64,000 nucleotides of DNA from Mobula hypostoma. Its lineage: Eukaryota. The position numbers were made by a program, and so were the translations under genes. Shown here piece by piece: positions 11,629 to 24,348 of this stretch. The notes beneath the pieces were generated by a model. That model did not search any database, was not told where the DNA came from, and worked only from the letters and a program-made list of their open reading frames with translations. Location: assembly GCF_963921235.1 (NCBI RefSeq), contig NC_086118.1, positions 16,928,001 through 16,992,000 on the forward strand. Direction: 5' to 3'. The first letter of the stretch is position 1. The number at the start of each line of letters is the position of its first letter.

Positions 11629-13639
11629 TGAAGGAACTGAAAATTTGGCAGCAGGTGGAAAACACAGAGTGCACTTTACACTAGTAGTCATGGTCAGAAG
11701 ATGCAGTATTTTCTATGAGTTTTTGGGCATAAGGAAAATTAAGAGAGACAAAGAAAAGTGTTAAGTAATGGGGACATTAAGATGTGCATGTCATAACTGG
11801 TGCATCAGAGAATTGAGAGACAATGAAGACAAGGAAGAAATGGATGTTTGATGCTTAACCTGAAATTAAATATCAGCAACAGAGCTAAAGAAATGACAAT
11901 GGAAGAGGATGGTGTTTGGCCTCTCTACACTTACATAGTCATCAGGGCTGTTTCTCCACATGAATAAGGATACAGAGGTGAGAAAGAAGATCCTTGGGAG
12001 GATTCCAGAGGAAACAATGCGGCAAATAGAAAAGATGCTCGCCCGAGAACTAGAAGACCTACCGATAGAGATGAACATTCAGGTGAAATATGTTGTGAGA
12101 AAGGATGCAAAGTTTAAGGAAATATGGAGGTATAACTGCAATTGTGAAAGATACCATTAATAAATATGAATAAAATTGTGTACATTTTTTTTAAAGAAAT
12201 TTCAAACTTCTTGTGTGGGAGATCACATGCAAGCAGCTGCAAAATTCTGGACCAATTGCCCTTGGGTTCCACTTAACAACCTAAGCCAGCCAAAACTGCA
12301 TGGGGATGGAAAGGCAAGTGTTGTATTCAAGGCACTTTAAAACTCTAATACTACAAGGATATTTATTTTTAATATACTCTTCAAGACCTGATGTGGACAG
12401 CATATGCACAAAAATAATAATATGCATAGTACTAATAATAAACATTTTCAGAAAGTAAACAGAACTAAGTGAGACAATGATATTTTGTGGATGTTCAGCA
12501 TCAAAACAAACTGGGAGCTTGTTTGTTCAATCTATACAATATCTAAATCAAATTACAAACCGGCATGCATTGCCAATTGAGTCTTCCAGCAGTTCTGGCA
12601 TCAGGTAATTATTATTGCCATTTCTTATGACATAATGGCAACAAAAAGGTGTATAAGATCCAGAGGTAAAGCCCTCATAATGCCGTTTGCAACTTCTCAA
12701 TGTATTGGGATGCACAAAGTGGTTACAAGAATGTAAACTGGTATACAGAGGGAAAGTAAATATTCTCAGGTATTTCCTTCCACAAGTTAAACTGCACTCT
12801 CTACTATTTAGGAACATACAGATTTAGTTAGACAAATTCCTGTCATGTTTTGATCAGCTCAACATTGCTAAGTTTCATTCTGTGGGGAAAAGCGCCTAAG
12901 TGCTCATCACATCCGCAGGTAGGTCCAGTTCCATTAGGAGGCAGACTACACAGCAGTAAATAGGCAGGAGAATGTCACCCTGGAGTTCTCAACACTGATT
13001 CCAGCCCCACTGGATTCTCACAACACTAGATCAATAATGAACAAAGAAAACTCTGATCACCACTCATCATTCTCACTCAGCGGATAAACAGCATCCTGTA
13101 ATGTTAAATATCAATTTGAAATAAAACAAGGTAAGTAGCAAATGTGTCAAAGGAACACTGGGTGGGGAATTGCAAAGTTTGGTAGAACCAGCAATGACTT
13201 CAGCTGAATGCAGGACACAGCTACAGTCTGAGTCAAGCAGTTTCCTCTTGCTGTGTAACTGTGACAGGTAGCAAATGCAAATCACTTGATCGGTGGCAGG
13301 TGCATCTACCTATGACAGCATATAGAGGAATATTAACCATGTGGCCTTTGGGAAGGCAAAGCAGGATCACCATCACTTGGAATTTCCTCTCCAAGTCACA
13401 CAACCTTCATTGTTGAGGGTCTATGTTGAACAAACTGCAAAATTTCAAGAAGATCACCCAACAACACCTTCTCAAAAGCAATTATGGATTGGTCATAAAT
13501 GCTGTCCTTGCCAGAAATACCTATATCCTGATAAATAATAAACCAAACATGAGGAAAGCTTATTAGTTTGAATAATGTAAATTACCAACAATTGAAGAAG
13601 TTATTTCCAGAAATGTAACTGCATGCCTACAGTTTTGAG

Positions 13640-14097
13640 AGTATTTAAGTACAAAAGTTGGAAGGTTATGCTGCAATTGTAGAGTATGCAAAGCTCTGGA
13701 GTTTGCAGTATTGTGTGCAGTTCTAGTCATCACACTGAAGGAAGAATGAGAAAGGGTGCAGAGGAGTTTCACTGACAAATTGCTTGGTCTGGAATATGTA
13801 AGGTGCAAGGAAAGGCCGGACAAACTTGGATTAACTTGAAGTATCTGAAACTGAGCACCAGCTTGACTGAAGTATATAAAATATGCAAGGCATATAGTCA
13901 AAGACTTTTCCTCCCAGGGTGAAATGTCAAGTACTAGAGGGCAAAGTTTATGATGAGAATGGGTCAGTTTCAAAGAAATTAGTGAGGGGTAGGTGCCTGG
14001 AACACATTGCCATGGAAGCGGAGGGGATTAGTTGAAATTGGCATCATGGTTGACACAGATATTGTGGGCTGAAGGACTTGTTCCTGAGCTGTGTTAT
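13640..14097 (+). mobile_element. Decayed CR1 3' fragment
   Basis: gtattgtgtgcagttct (YCVQF), actagagggca (TRG), terminal gggctgaaggacttgttcctg. Confidence 0.7.
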
Positions 14098-14607
14098 TTC
14101 CATTTGGACAGCAATGTAAAAATAAAGCACAGTAAAATGACATCAAATGTACAAAACAGTTAAATAGATAATGGATAAATATAATTATAACCAGAGCTAT
14201 ATAGGTAATTTAGTTTTTACTTATTCATTGGTAATGCCATGAATGGTTACCCATCAGGTGTTATGAGCAACTATTTGGAACTACTGTGGCCCTAGTGAAG
14301 ACAGCCCTACAGTGAGTAAAGAGGTACAGGACTTAGACCCAGTGATGAAGGAACAGAGATATATTTCCAATTTAGGATGTTGTTTTCAATTTGTAATAGT
14401 GCTGTTAAAGAAAGTTAATCTGTTTCACATGCTGCTCTTAAGCTGTTCACACTATTACACACACATTACAGAAGCAGTCAACATTTTAACATAAGACCAT
14501 CATATTTGGAACCACTAAATATAACCAATGGTTGGGTGTTAAAAGTATAAAAGAATAAAATCTGAATATAGGTGGAAATTTATCGACAAACCTTACAGGT
14601 AGTAAAA

Positions 14608-14912
14608 GGCATCATTAAGGACCCCATCGTTCAGAACATGCCCAGTTCTCATTGCTATGATCAGGAAGGAGATACAGGAGCCTGAAGTACAGGAGACAGA
14701 GGAGCACTCAGTGCTTGAGAAATACTTTCTTTCCCTCAGCCATCTGATTTCTGAATGGATATACATTTACACACAGACATCTATAATACATAGACACACT
14801 TACTGTAATTCACATTTTTTCTCTATTATCATGTATTGCATTGTATTTCGGCTGCAAAGACACCAAATTTCATGACGTGCTGGTGATACTAAACCTGTTT
14901 CTGATTCTGATA
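14608..14912 (+). mobile_element. Rex1/Babar 3' fragment
   Basis: atcattaaggacccc (IIKDP), tcaggaaggagatacaggagcctg (SGRRYRSL), tail aaacctgtttctgattctga. Confidence 0.7.
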
Positions 14913-15765
14913 CTCTGAGGGAAGTTCTACTAAGCTAGATATTGTTGTGTATGAGAGCCAGAAAATAAAACTTCTGTGCTGAGGTTTGAGTCATTTGATG
15001 CTCTAACAACTTGTCTAATTTGATATATTTTTCCTTCATTAGAATATTTTGCAATTTCCTTTAATAGATAAAGTGTAAAAAATATTTTTAATGCATTTAT
15101 TGAATTTGAAAGATTTTAGGCTGTCCTGAGATTATTAAGTGTCACACGAATACAAGGTTTCTTTCAAAGCAATGCCTCTTCCTGCTCTTTGTTAGTGGTT
15201 AGTTGCTGCAATAGCTGAAATACATTAGTTAAACAAAGTCACACCAAATTACCATAATATAAATCCCAGAGTATAACAAAACAGGAAGTGGCACAGTTAT
15301 TAAGATTTTTCTGCTGTTTCATGAAAAAACAAATCATTCAGTACCTCCTTAATTATACTTAATTGTACATAATAATCTTAGCAAACTACCATAAAAATAT
15401 TACTAGTTTTGAAGTGCTGTGAACCCCTTGCATCATCTGTGCTGTATCACTATCTCAGATAGTTCATTTTTTCCTTTGGCAAACAGGTTCTGATCTTATC
15501 AAATTCTATTGCTTCCAATTTACATACCACAGAGTTACAAGATTATGATGGTAAATAAGTGATCTCACTTCTGGTGCCTACTGATGGCTAAAATGAAATA
15601 TGTGATTCGAGTCATTATATAATCCCCCTGATTCCAATTTGCTCTGAATATGCTTTTAACTGGTTGTTGGTTTGACTTAATTCCATGTCATGTGTTTTGG
15701 AAATCAGTACCACACAATATAGTCCAAGTGAATAGCACAGGAATGGGAGAAAGGGACACAAGGAT

Positions 15766-16250
15766 AAAGTTCAAAAGTTTAAAGTAAATTTATTATCAAA
15801 GTACACATACTGTATGTCACCATATACAACCCTGAGATTCAATTTCCTGTGGGCATTCTCAGCAAATCGAGACAATATCAAAATCAATGAAAGATCAACC
15901 AGAGTGCAGAAGAAAACACACTGTGCAAATACAAATGTAAATAAATAACCATAAATAACAAGAACATGAAATAGCAAGATCAAAAGTCCTTAAAGTGAGA
16001 TCATTGGTTGTATGAACATCTCAATGGCCGGGCAAGTAAGTGTAGTTTTCCCTTTTTGTTCAAGAGCCTGATGGTTGTGGGGCAATAAACTGTTCCAGAA
16101 CCTGGTGGTGCAAGTACTGAAGCTCTTGTACCTTCTACCTGATGGCAGCCATGAGAAAAGGGCATGACCTATCTGGTGAGGATCTCTGCCTGTGGATGTC
16201 GTCTTCCTACGACAGTGTTTCATGTAGATGTGCTCAACGGTTGGGAGGGT
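15766..16250 (-). mobile_element. Rex1/Babar 3' fragment
   Basis: Minus ORF 15990-16223 RDPHQIGHALFSWLPSGRRYKSFSTCTTRFWNS; (CTTTGAA)-type tail at 15766-15790. Confidence 0.8.
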
Positions 16251-19149
16251 TTAATTTACATGTGAGGTAAAGAAAAAAAGGTAAAAGGTAAGCATAGACA
16301 TGATGGTCGGAGTAGTCTCTTCCCATGCTATTTATCACTATTAATTATGCTTTACTGCCACTTTTCTCCATTTAAAAAAATTAATTTCACAGTAAACATT
16401 ATTAAACTAGCTTGGGCAACTCAAACAGCATTTTATAGTAGAAATGAGCATGTATTTGACAAACAGCAAAGTGCTCAAGGAATTTGGATAGTAGATAATT
16501 GGAGACCAGGCAGCAATTTGTAAGATCAATTGAAGTTCTTTAAACTGCAGTGATGAGCAATTCAGAGCGGAACCCACTAATAATATTAACACAATGGGCT
16601 CATAAAGGAAAAGTGAATGCACTGTAGTTTGGAAAGAACAGGATTGTGAATTGGAGGTGGGTCTCACGTATAAAATAAACACAAATAGAACGATAATAAA
16701 AAAGGGGATAGAATATAAAGATCTGAGAACTCTCCTTATCCTGTTCTGACTTTGACAAAGATGCCATATGTTACTGTGGACATCTTTACTTACAAGCAGT
16801 TATCTTGAACTCTGTTCCTCACTGAGTTCAAGTAGGAGAATTGCTTCTTAATTATCCTAGGTGAACATGACCACCGACTTTGTCTGTCCCTTTTTCTGCC
16901 TCTGTGCTTGAGATGCCCTCATCACCTCTACTCTCACAAGCTGTATTCCAAGGGAACTGCTGATGAATACACTTGTTTATGGAGTAACATGTTTGTGCAG
17001 AAGTTTTAAAGAGTGGTCAGATCCTTTGCCATACAACTCTCTGCAGGCTTTAGCAAAATGAACTGTAGAAGGCAGTGAACATTTGCAGAAGTTATCTGAC
17101 AACAATATTCCACGGTTCAGCAAGTGAAAATGCTAATATCTTTATTACTATGACATTTGTGCAATTTATGCCTTAATTGACATGCTGGCTGCATACTTAC
17201 AATAACTAGCATGCCACTGAGCCAAGTTATTTGTCTTTGTACTGTGGTAATGCATTTTGTTTCAGACATTAACCTTTCTGTCTTCCTGAGGGTTTCACTT
17301 GGTTTTATTGCTGTGTTCTGAGTAGAGCTCTATGAGACTGGTATCAGGACTGGTACAAGAATATATTGTGATTTCAAGCACTGAAGATTAGTCATACAAA
17401 TGGCACTTGACCAGAATAGCCCAAAGGGAAAATCACAAACTTGCTGCCTTTTACATAGTCAACTGTACTCTTGTAGAGGATATTTACACTCCAGTAAAAT
17501 GTCTGGCATGGGCTCAAAAATTAATGCCAGGAACTGGCACGAAGAAATGTGTTCTCATGGAGAGATCAGAACACTCCAACATTTTTCCTTTTAATTGGAG
17601 CATAACTGTGTATGCTTTTCTTGTAACAGTAGACAATTCCATGAAAAGACCATAGGCAACATTTCTAAGGGCATTCAGTCATTTGAAATAAAAAGATCCA
17701 TAATCTGGATATTGTATACAAAAATAATGATGGGAATACATTTTTTAAACAACAAAGGCAAGTTTCCCATGATGCCTTGGCTGAAAAGTGCACATCTCAG
17801 GAGCTGAATGATAATATGCCTCATCTGCATGTTTTTTAACAGCTAATCAGTGTACATGGATTGTATGTGCATGTCTGGTCCTTTTACTATAAATTGCATC
17901 CACAAGGATTTTAGGTAAGGTGTGGTCCAGCTCATCCGTAACATCCTTGAGAGTTGTACAAACTTCCGTTTTTCATTTTCTAGATGCATTTATAATGATA
18001 TCGTTGATGAGAGAATTTGGGTAGTTGCAATTTGGAAGTCCCTACTAAATACAAACAAAATCAATGGGTTCAGATCCACTCCTGAACCATCTATAGAACC
18101 TCAAATGGGTAGTATGTGGAGAGTAGGATTCTATACATTTGATTTTTGAATAGTTGTTCAGAGTCAGGAAAATTCTACAGTTGGTCGCGGTGGTCCCAGG
18201 TTATGCAGGGAAAGCATAAACCAAAATTTCTTGATCACCATCAAATTTCCCACACACGAAATCCCTTTAGCAACTGGGATAGTTGTTATGTTTCCACAGT
18301 TGAATACTAGTCATTCGATCTAGGTACCAGCTTGTAGCACCCAGCTAAAATTAACAGATCAACATAATCACAGAGAGCTTTTCTACTGCCATCCTTGTGA
18401 ACTGTGTTTGCAGCATCTCCAGTTGTTGACTATCCTTTTGATAATCTAGTGACTAGAATTATCCACAGTTCTCTAAATGTGGCCTAATCTAGTAACACTA
18501 TTATGATGACATTTAAACAGCAGCGTAATTTTTATTTAAAGCAAAATCTTTCATGTTTTGGTACATCAAGTATTGGGTCAGAGTTGAAAAATTGAATGTG
18601 TGAGAATGGAAACATTAATGGCGAAAGCTTTCACATGAAGGAAATCAATCAAATCTCCAATTCTTTCTTCACACTTAAAAGCAATGGTATTACTCTAATC
18701 CTTTTTTTTAAATATCAGGCAGGCTGTGAGTTCCTTGCACATGACAAGATTGGCAAAATAGCAGCATGCTGTATCTTAAATATAGAAGCACTCTTTAAGT
18801 ACGTCATGCAGTGTTGTGTGGGAAAAACAAAAAAAGGTCAGATTGTGTCATAGAGGTCATTCAGCTCCCAGACTCACTTTTGATTCAGTTTTTGAGCATC
18901 TTTGATTTCTGTTCTTTGGTTAATCTTTTCAGTGAAATCTATCATAAATGATTTCTGAGCTCGTGGTTCCCATGGAACATTGTGAATTGTATTCTCAGAA
19001 TGTTTCCCGAACATAATACAAGTGAAAAGACCATCAGCACAATTTACTTTATGCAGAAATATTCTTCAATTTCTATTATCCAAACATTTCTTGTGTGATT
19101 TTGGTGGTGTTGTTTCTATTTTCATACCTATTCCATTTGTTGATTACAC

Positions 19150-19403
19150 CCTGTGTGGAAAAAAGAACTTGGAAGCTGAGGCTGTGGGACTGCTGCAGTC
19201 TTTGTGTCTATGGACTCACTTTTGTTCTGCATGCTATTTGCTTACTTTCATTGTTTGTACAATTGGTTACTTTTTCTCCTCGCTCCCTGCACATCGAGTG
19301 TTCAACAGTCTTTTTTTAAGGGTCTGCTTGGATTTCTTTGTTCTGTGGCCGTCTGTAAGGAGTCTAATGTATACAACCTTTGATAATCTATGTACTTTGA
19401 ACT
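19150..19403 (+). mobile_element. Non-coding repeat ending in a tactttgaact tail (Rex-type tail family)
   Basis: Tail tttgataat..tgtactttgaact resembles the tails at 15766-15810 (reverse) and 53680-53719. Confidence 0.45.
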
Positions 19404-20109
19404 AATCTGCATTAGTTTTCCAACAAATTTCACATATTGATTAAGTATAAATGTCAATCATTCACCATGAGCATCATCACAATGATTAGTAGGTTCATAA
19501 TTACTGTTGTTGCTCATTCCTTAAAAATGTGTTACATGAAAGCCCAGATCATTGTTTGACAAGCAAAGCCACTTCTCCAATGACTTTGTAATTCTATTCT
19601 ACAGAAGACCAATGATCAAAATCACTACATATTATTGTTAGGAGATTAAGAACGTCAGTGATGTCCTTGTCCAAGATTTTGTCTTTATGCATTACAAGTA
19701 TGAATGCCATTGGACGGTATTTTTAAGATGTTATCCTTACGGCTGCAATCTACTTCTCATTATCATGAATATATCTCTAAATCTGTCAACATTTAAAGGA
19801 CATAGTGGAGAAATTAGTCAGTCATGATAGCTGGACATGTAAGACTGCAAATACTGGGTGTGCTTATGTTGTATGTTTGATTTCATTGATTACAATTGAA
19901 AGGAAATCTGCAAAAAATTAAAGAGGACATACAGCAGTCAATTCTCACATATATTAAGTCTAGCATCTAAAGACAAATGTCTCACATATGTATTGTAAGT
20001 TATCCCTTAATAAGGCAAAATGCTCTCTACAATCACACAGACCACAATACTTGAGACATAAACTATAAAAAATAATTATAAACATATAAAACCATGCTGT
20101 GTGAGCATT

Positions 20110-21340
20110 ATAAGACATATTGTTGGGCACCCTTTGAGAGAAGTGTAGTGCAGTCTGATGTGACCAGGATGAACATTCAATTTTCCTGAATGCTATTGGT
20201 ATCGCTCTGTTTTGGAAACTGAAGTAGAAAACCTCAGTTATTAAAGAAGAACGACGCGTAGCAAAGCAAATACAGCTCCTCCTCGTTTAACGAAGGACAC
20301 TTTTGATGGCATCACGTCTGGTTTATCTGCCACCCTTGTGCCTCTCGTTGTCATTCTGGAGAAGTGCAGTCCTTTCATCCCCCGTCTCTTCATCTCTTCT
20401 GCTGTTTGTTGTTTGTCTCTGATCCTGGAGACGTGCATTTCTCAGCTCCTTTGTATCTTCCTCTCTCCTCCTTCTGTGCCTGTTTTTGTCATTCTGGAGA
20501 CGTGCAGCCCTTTCATCCCCTGTCTCTTCAGCTCTTCTGCTGTTTGTTGCTTGTCTCTGATCCTGGAGAGGTGCATGCCTCTCCTCCTCTGTCTCTTCTT
20601 TTCTCATCTTTTTTTGTCCTGATTCTTTGATCCTGAAGTCATGCAGCCCTGGCCTTATCCGATTCTTGTTCTCTCCCTCTCCTTGCCGTTCCCGACGACG
20701 TTTGGCGTCATCTCTTGACCATAATGTCCCCCTTCCCTTTCCACGCGACATAATTAGGCTGACCATTTTTTTTTACCCTAATGCTGGATAGAAGATACTA
20801 AGCACTAACACCAAAGGATGCTGATTATTCTTGATGATGTGGTTGGCGCTCTCCTAAACGGACATGATATAGTCACCGCTGTCCTTTGACTGCAGCAAAG
20901 GGTTTTATGGGTGTCTTGAAGTATGTCATTACAATAAGATTTAATTACCTCTTATTGATGGGTGGCAGTTAGATCTGTCCTATTTCTGCACATGCTGATG
21001 GTGATGAGCAGAATGTGACCCCTCGAAATAGAGCTGCCCTGCCCTTTTGCTCCGGTAGGTGTTGCCGCTGAGGCTGGCCTTGCACATGTGTCGGGCTGTT
21101 GCATCCCGATTTCCATGATGGTCGATCAGCTCTTGGGTGAAAGGCAGCCTGTTGATTTTTGGTGGATGAGCAATTTTATAGGAATATATGACCCTGAACT
21201 TTGCCTGCATTCTGTAAGTAAGCGCATTTTAATTCGATGTAGCCAAGAAAAGTGCTACTGTAATGCACTGTTTGCGCTAATTGGAGGTCACAAACAGACA
21301 AACAGACAGACAGAGCATGAGAATTTTAATAGTATATAGA
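20110..21340 (-). mobile_element. Non-autonomous Helitron (5' end clear, 3' end uncertain)
   Basis: Minus strand begins A|TCTATATACTATTAAAA followed by a (TCTG)n-like microsatellite, a typical Helitron 5' end. Carries an ORF with ET.EER.ARL repeats as seen at the N-terminus of Helitron Rep/Hel proteins. No canonical CTRR 3' end identified. Confidence 0.7.
20323..20766 (-). CDS. 147-aa ORF with four tandem 23-aa STPR-like repeats (Helitron N-terminal region; expression unknown)
   Basis: ETEEERHAPLQDQRQATNSRRAE / ETGDERAARLQNDKNRHRRRREE / DTKELRNARLQDQRQTTNSRRDE / ETGDERTALLQNDNERHKGGR*; DNA repeat period 138 bp (2x69) at 20338 and 20476. Confidence 0.5.
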   Translation of the reverse strand: MVSLIMSRGKGRGTLWSRDDAKRRRERQGEGENKNRIRPGLHDFRIKESGQKKMRKEETEEERHAPLQDQRQATNSRRAEETGDERAARLQNDKNRHRRRREEDTKELRNARLQDQRQTTNSRRDEETGDERTALLQNDNERHKGGR

Positions 21341-22749
21341 TTGTCATAGTTCTGTTTCTGCAGACGCATGTTAAAGTGCTTTTTCCATGTGACTGGCACA
21401 TAAGTTTAAAATGACTCTGCACTAATACATGCAAGACAAGGGATATCTGTAGAAGGTAAAGAAAGATGGAATATAACTAAATCCCTCACAACTGTTCTTT
21501 TTACATGTGAAGTAAATGACTATTGATTACAGTAAACTCTCACCAGGTTTTCATTTCGTTTCATACATTGCCACTCAAAGATCACTTAAATTTTGATAAT
21601 AAATGTTAAGGTTCCAGCAACAGCAACACACCTGCTAATAGTAAACTGGAAATGTATCCTGATTAGAAACTAAACCAGACCTAAATATAATTTTCTCATG
21701 TGTTCAGGACCATCCAAAAATAAAGAGGTATATTAGAGGCACTCTGTTGTTACTGTGATATTTTTGTCATGGGAACTACTATATTGGACAGGATTAAATT
21801 AACTTATGAGTTATTTTAAGTAGGATTTTACCAGCATTCTGGACATCACCCACCCTGTTTTCATAAGTTCAGTCTGCGTACCAATAACGATGACTTACTT
21901 GGTTTGGACCTTTCCGTATGGAATATGTTTCCTGAATGCAAGTGCTCACAGGTTATCTGTACGTATTCATATTCTTATTTCATCTTCACCATCAATGAAG
22001 ATGCACCATAAGAAATTGACTGGAATAAGGTGAAATAAACACCACTTGTTTTTTTTTGCAGAAAATAGTTCAAAGTTAAAACAGACACCAGTTGATCTTT
22101 TAACCAAGATATGCTGACTAACCCTGGTAACTGTAAAACATTAGTAAGATTTTCCTCATTAGTAAGTAATATTACTAATGTCCTTCATTATATAAATAAA
22201 CGCCAACAGAAATCTAATTACATTTTTTATTAAATTGCATCTCAAGTTAACTGCACTAGGAATTAATCATTTACTTCAGAATGATCCTCATAATTAGATT
22301 TCTAAATTATTAAAATTATTATCCACCAACTATGGTGCGTCATATTATTTTTAAAATATAAAATTTGAGTTTCCTTATTGTGGTCAGTGCAAAAGAATTT
22401 AGTGTAAAGCAGGCTGCCAATTCAGCACTATTTAAATAACAATTATCATCCAACTAGGCGTTGACTGCTGTCATTTCTCTAACTTTCCTAAGATATTACT
22501 TTATAACATTACTCCAGTTAAAAAATATTTTGTGTAGAAGAGTTTTTTAAAAAAATATCTAGGCAGGCACACTGCGCTAAAAGGAAGGATTCTTCACAAT
22601 TCAAGGATTTTTTTACATATATCGGTTAATGTTACATGAATTCACTGTATGTGTGAGGCACATCACCTCATGAATGATCACGTATCATCCAACTCTGAGT
22701 GAAGTAATTACTATCCATGGTGATAGGTTACTGATTAAAATAGACAACA

Positions 22750-24348
22750 TAGGTTGAGTAAGCCTTATCCATATTTCTAAAATCTGAAAACCTCTGAAAT
22801 CTATAATTTATTTCAGTGCTGACAAAAATTAAATTTCACAAGGAGCTGGGAAGGATCCCAGATGATGCGCAGGTCTTTGCGACCACAGACAGTTCTGAGA
22901 AATGACCTCACATATATAATCGACAGAAATTAATGTGAAATATAAAAGCTCCGCAGGAAGCTAAAAATCAATATCTTCACGGTGTACTAAAAGAATGGAT
23001 TCATCGGTTTTGGAGTGGACATATGCTGCTTAACGGTGTGCTGTCATGAAACAAGTAAAGAATGGCATTCGGAGAAATTCATTGATAAGTTTGCGAAGAT
23101 TATCGCTGTTGAAAATGTAACATCAGAACAAGTTTACAATGCAGAATGTTTAACATAAAACCCAAATAAAAGTAAAACACAAATACAGTGTACTGTAACC
23201 TTTTAATTAAAAGACGCCATCGCAGGTGGAGACTGAAAGCCTGCCATTGTTTGCTGTTCTTCAACAACCAATTCAGGTATTCTCCTGATGCTGCAATACT
23301 GCTTCTTTTACCCTCCACAAGTTCCCTCTAACTTGTAATAACCAGCGTGCACAAAAATTTTGTGATGTGCAATTTTTTGTCTACTGACAACAACATGGGT
23401 GCACTAAATTTTATATATAGACATATTCATTTTAACAGCTAACAAAACACTGTCAACAGCAACTTTGATCTCCCCTGGGTTTCATCATTTTCGCTCTTAT
23501 TCATCTGCACTCTCACAAAACATACATAGCTGGCCTGTAGCAAGTAGTGAAGGATTTTCTCGCCAGAGCTTTTGCACACCGTCCATATGTGATTTGCTTA
23601 CTAAGTGATGCTTTAAAAAGTCAAGATTCCAAATATCACTCCACTTCTTTCCACTTGCAAATTCCAGCAACTTTTGCATCACAACACATGCACGTAACAC
23701 TAGTTTCTGTATTATACATAAATATTTCTTGTAGCTGCACATTCCTGACCTCATGAACTTTTGGTGTAGCAGTTTCTACTGTTTCATTAAGCCATTCCGC
23801 TTTAAATGAGCTAGCAGTTCTTTTGCACTTCACACATTTTGCTTCTTTGGAATTTGACACAGTGAATCAATAATTTCTTCAATAAAAGCAGTATATATAA
23901 GCCATTTCTAAAATCTGCAGACAAATCTTTGCAAACTCCACATTGTCAACACAATCCACATCAGAAAGCAGAATAGAAAATGTGATTGCGTACGATCGTG
24001 AAATATACTTAATATGCCAACGAGGTAGAGGGTGACAACCTTTTGTGTGCAGTTTAAATTCCCTTGTGCGCTAGTCGCAAAAAATGTGTGAGCACACACC
24101 TTAGAGGGAACATTGAACCTACGCACATTACATTTTCATTATATCAATGGAATGTAGTAATTTTTACTGATAAATACTGTTAAGTAATGAACAAGACTGA
24201 GACAAAAACTGTTTACTGATAGCATATAAATTCAGTCGGAAATTATGGCGATCCCAAGCCGTCTCGTTATATATTCCAAAATCCCAAAAAATCTGAAATC
24301 TGGAACACTTACAGCCCCAATCCTTTTGAATAAGGTGTACTCAGCCTA
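22750..24348 (+). mobile_element. Internally deleted Tigger/pogo element (Tigger4/Zombi-like TIRs)
   Basis: TIRs taggttgagtaagccttatcc and gaataaggtgtactcagccta|TA. 23072-23145 encodes EKFIDKFAKIIAVENVTSEQVYNAE, the pogo-family region leading into the first catalytic D (NADET). Confidence 0.85.
23318..24115 (-). mobile_element. Non-autonomous hAT element nested in the Tigger
   Basis: TIRs caa-gttccctctaa and ttagagggaacattg; degenerate 8-bp flanks accctcca / aacctacg; minus-strand frameshifted TTF-zinc-finger-like remnant (SFKAEWL..TCMCC..WNLDFLKHHLVSKSH). Confidence 0.75.

Noticed and set aside
11866..12160. ORF MNKDTEVRKKILGRIPEETMRQIEKMLARELEDLP as an exon
   Set aside because: No recognisable domain or splice context. 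It sits in purine-rich sequence more consistent with a decayed antisense LINE.
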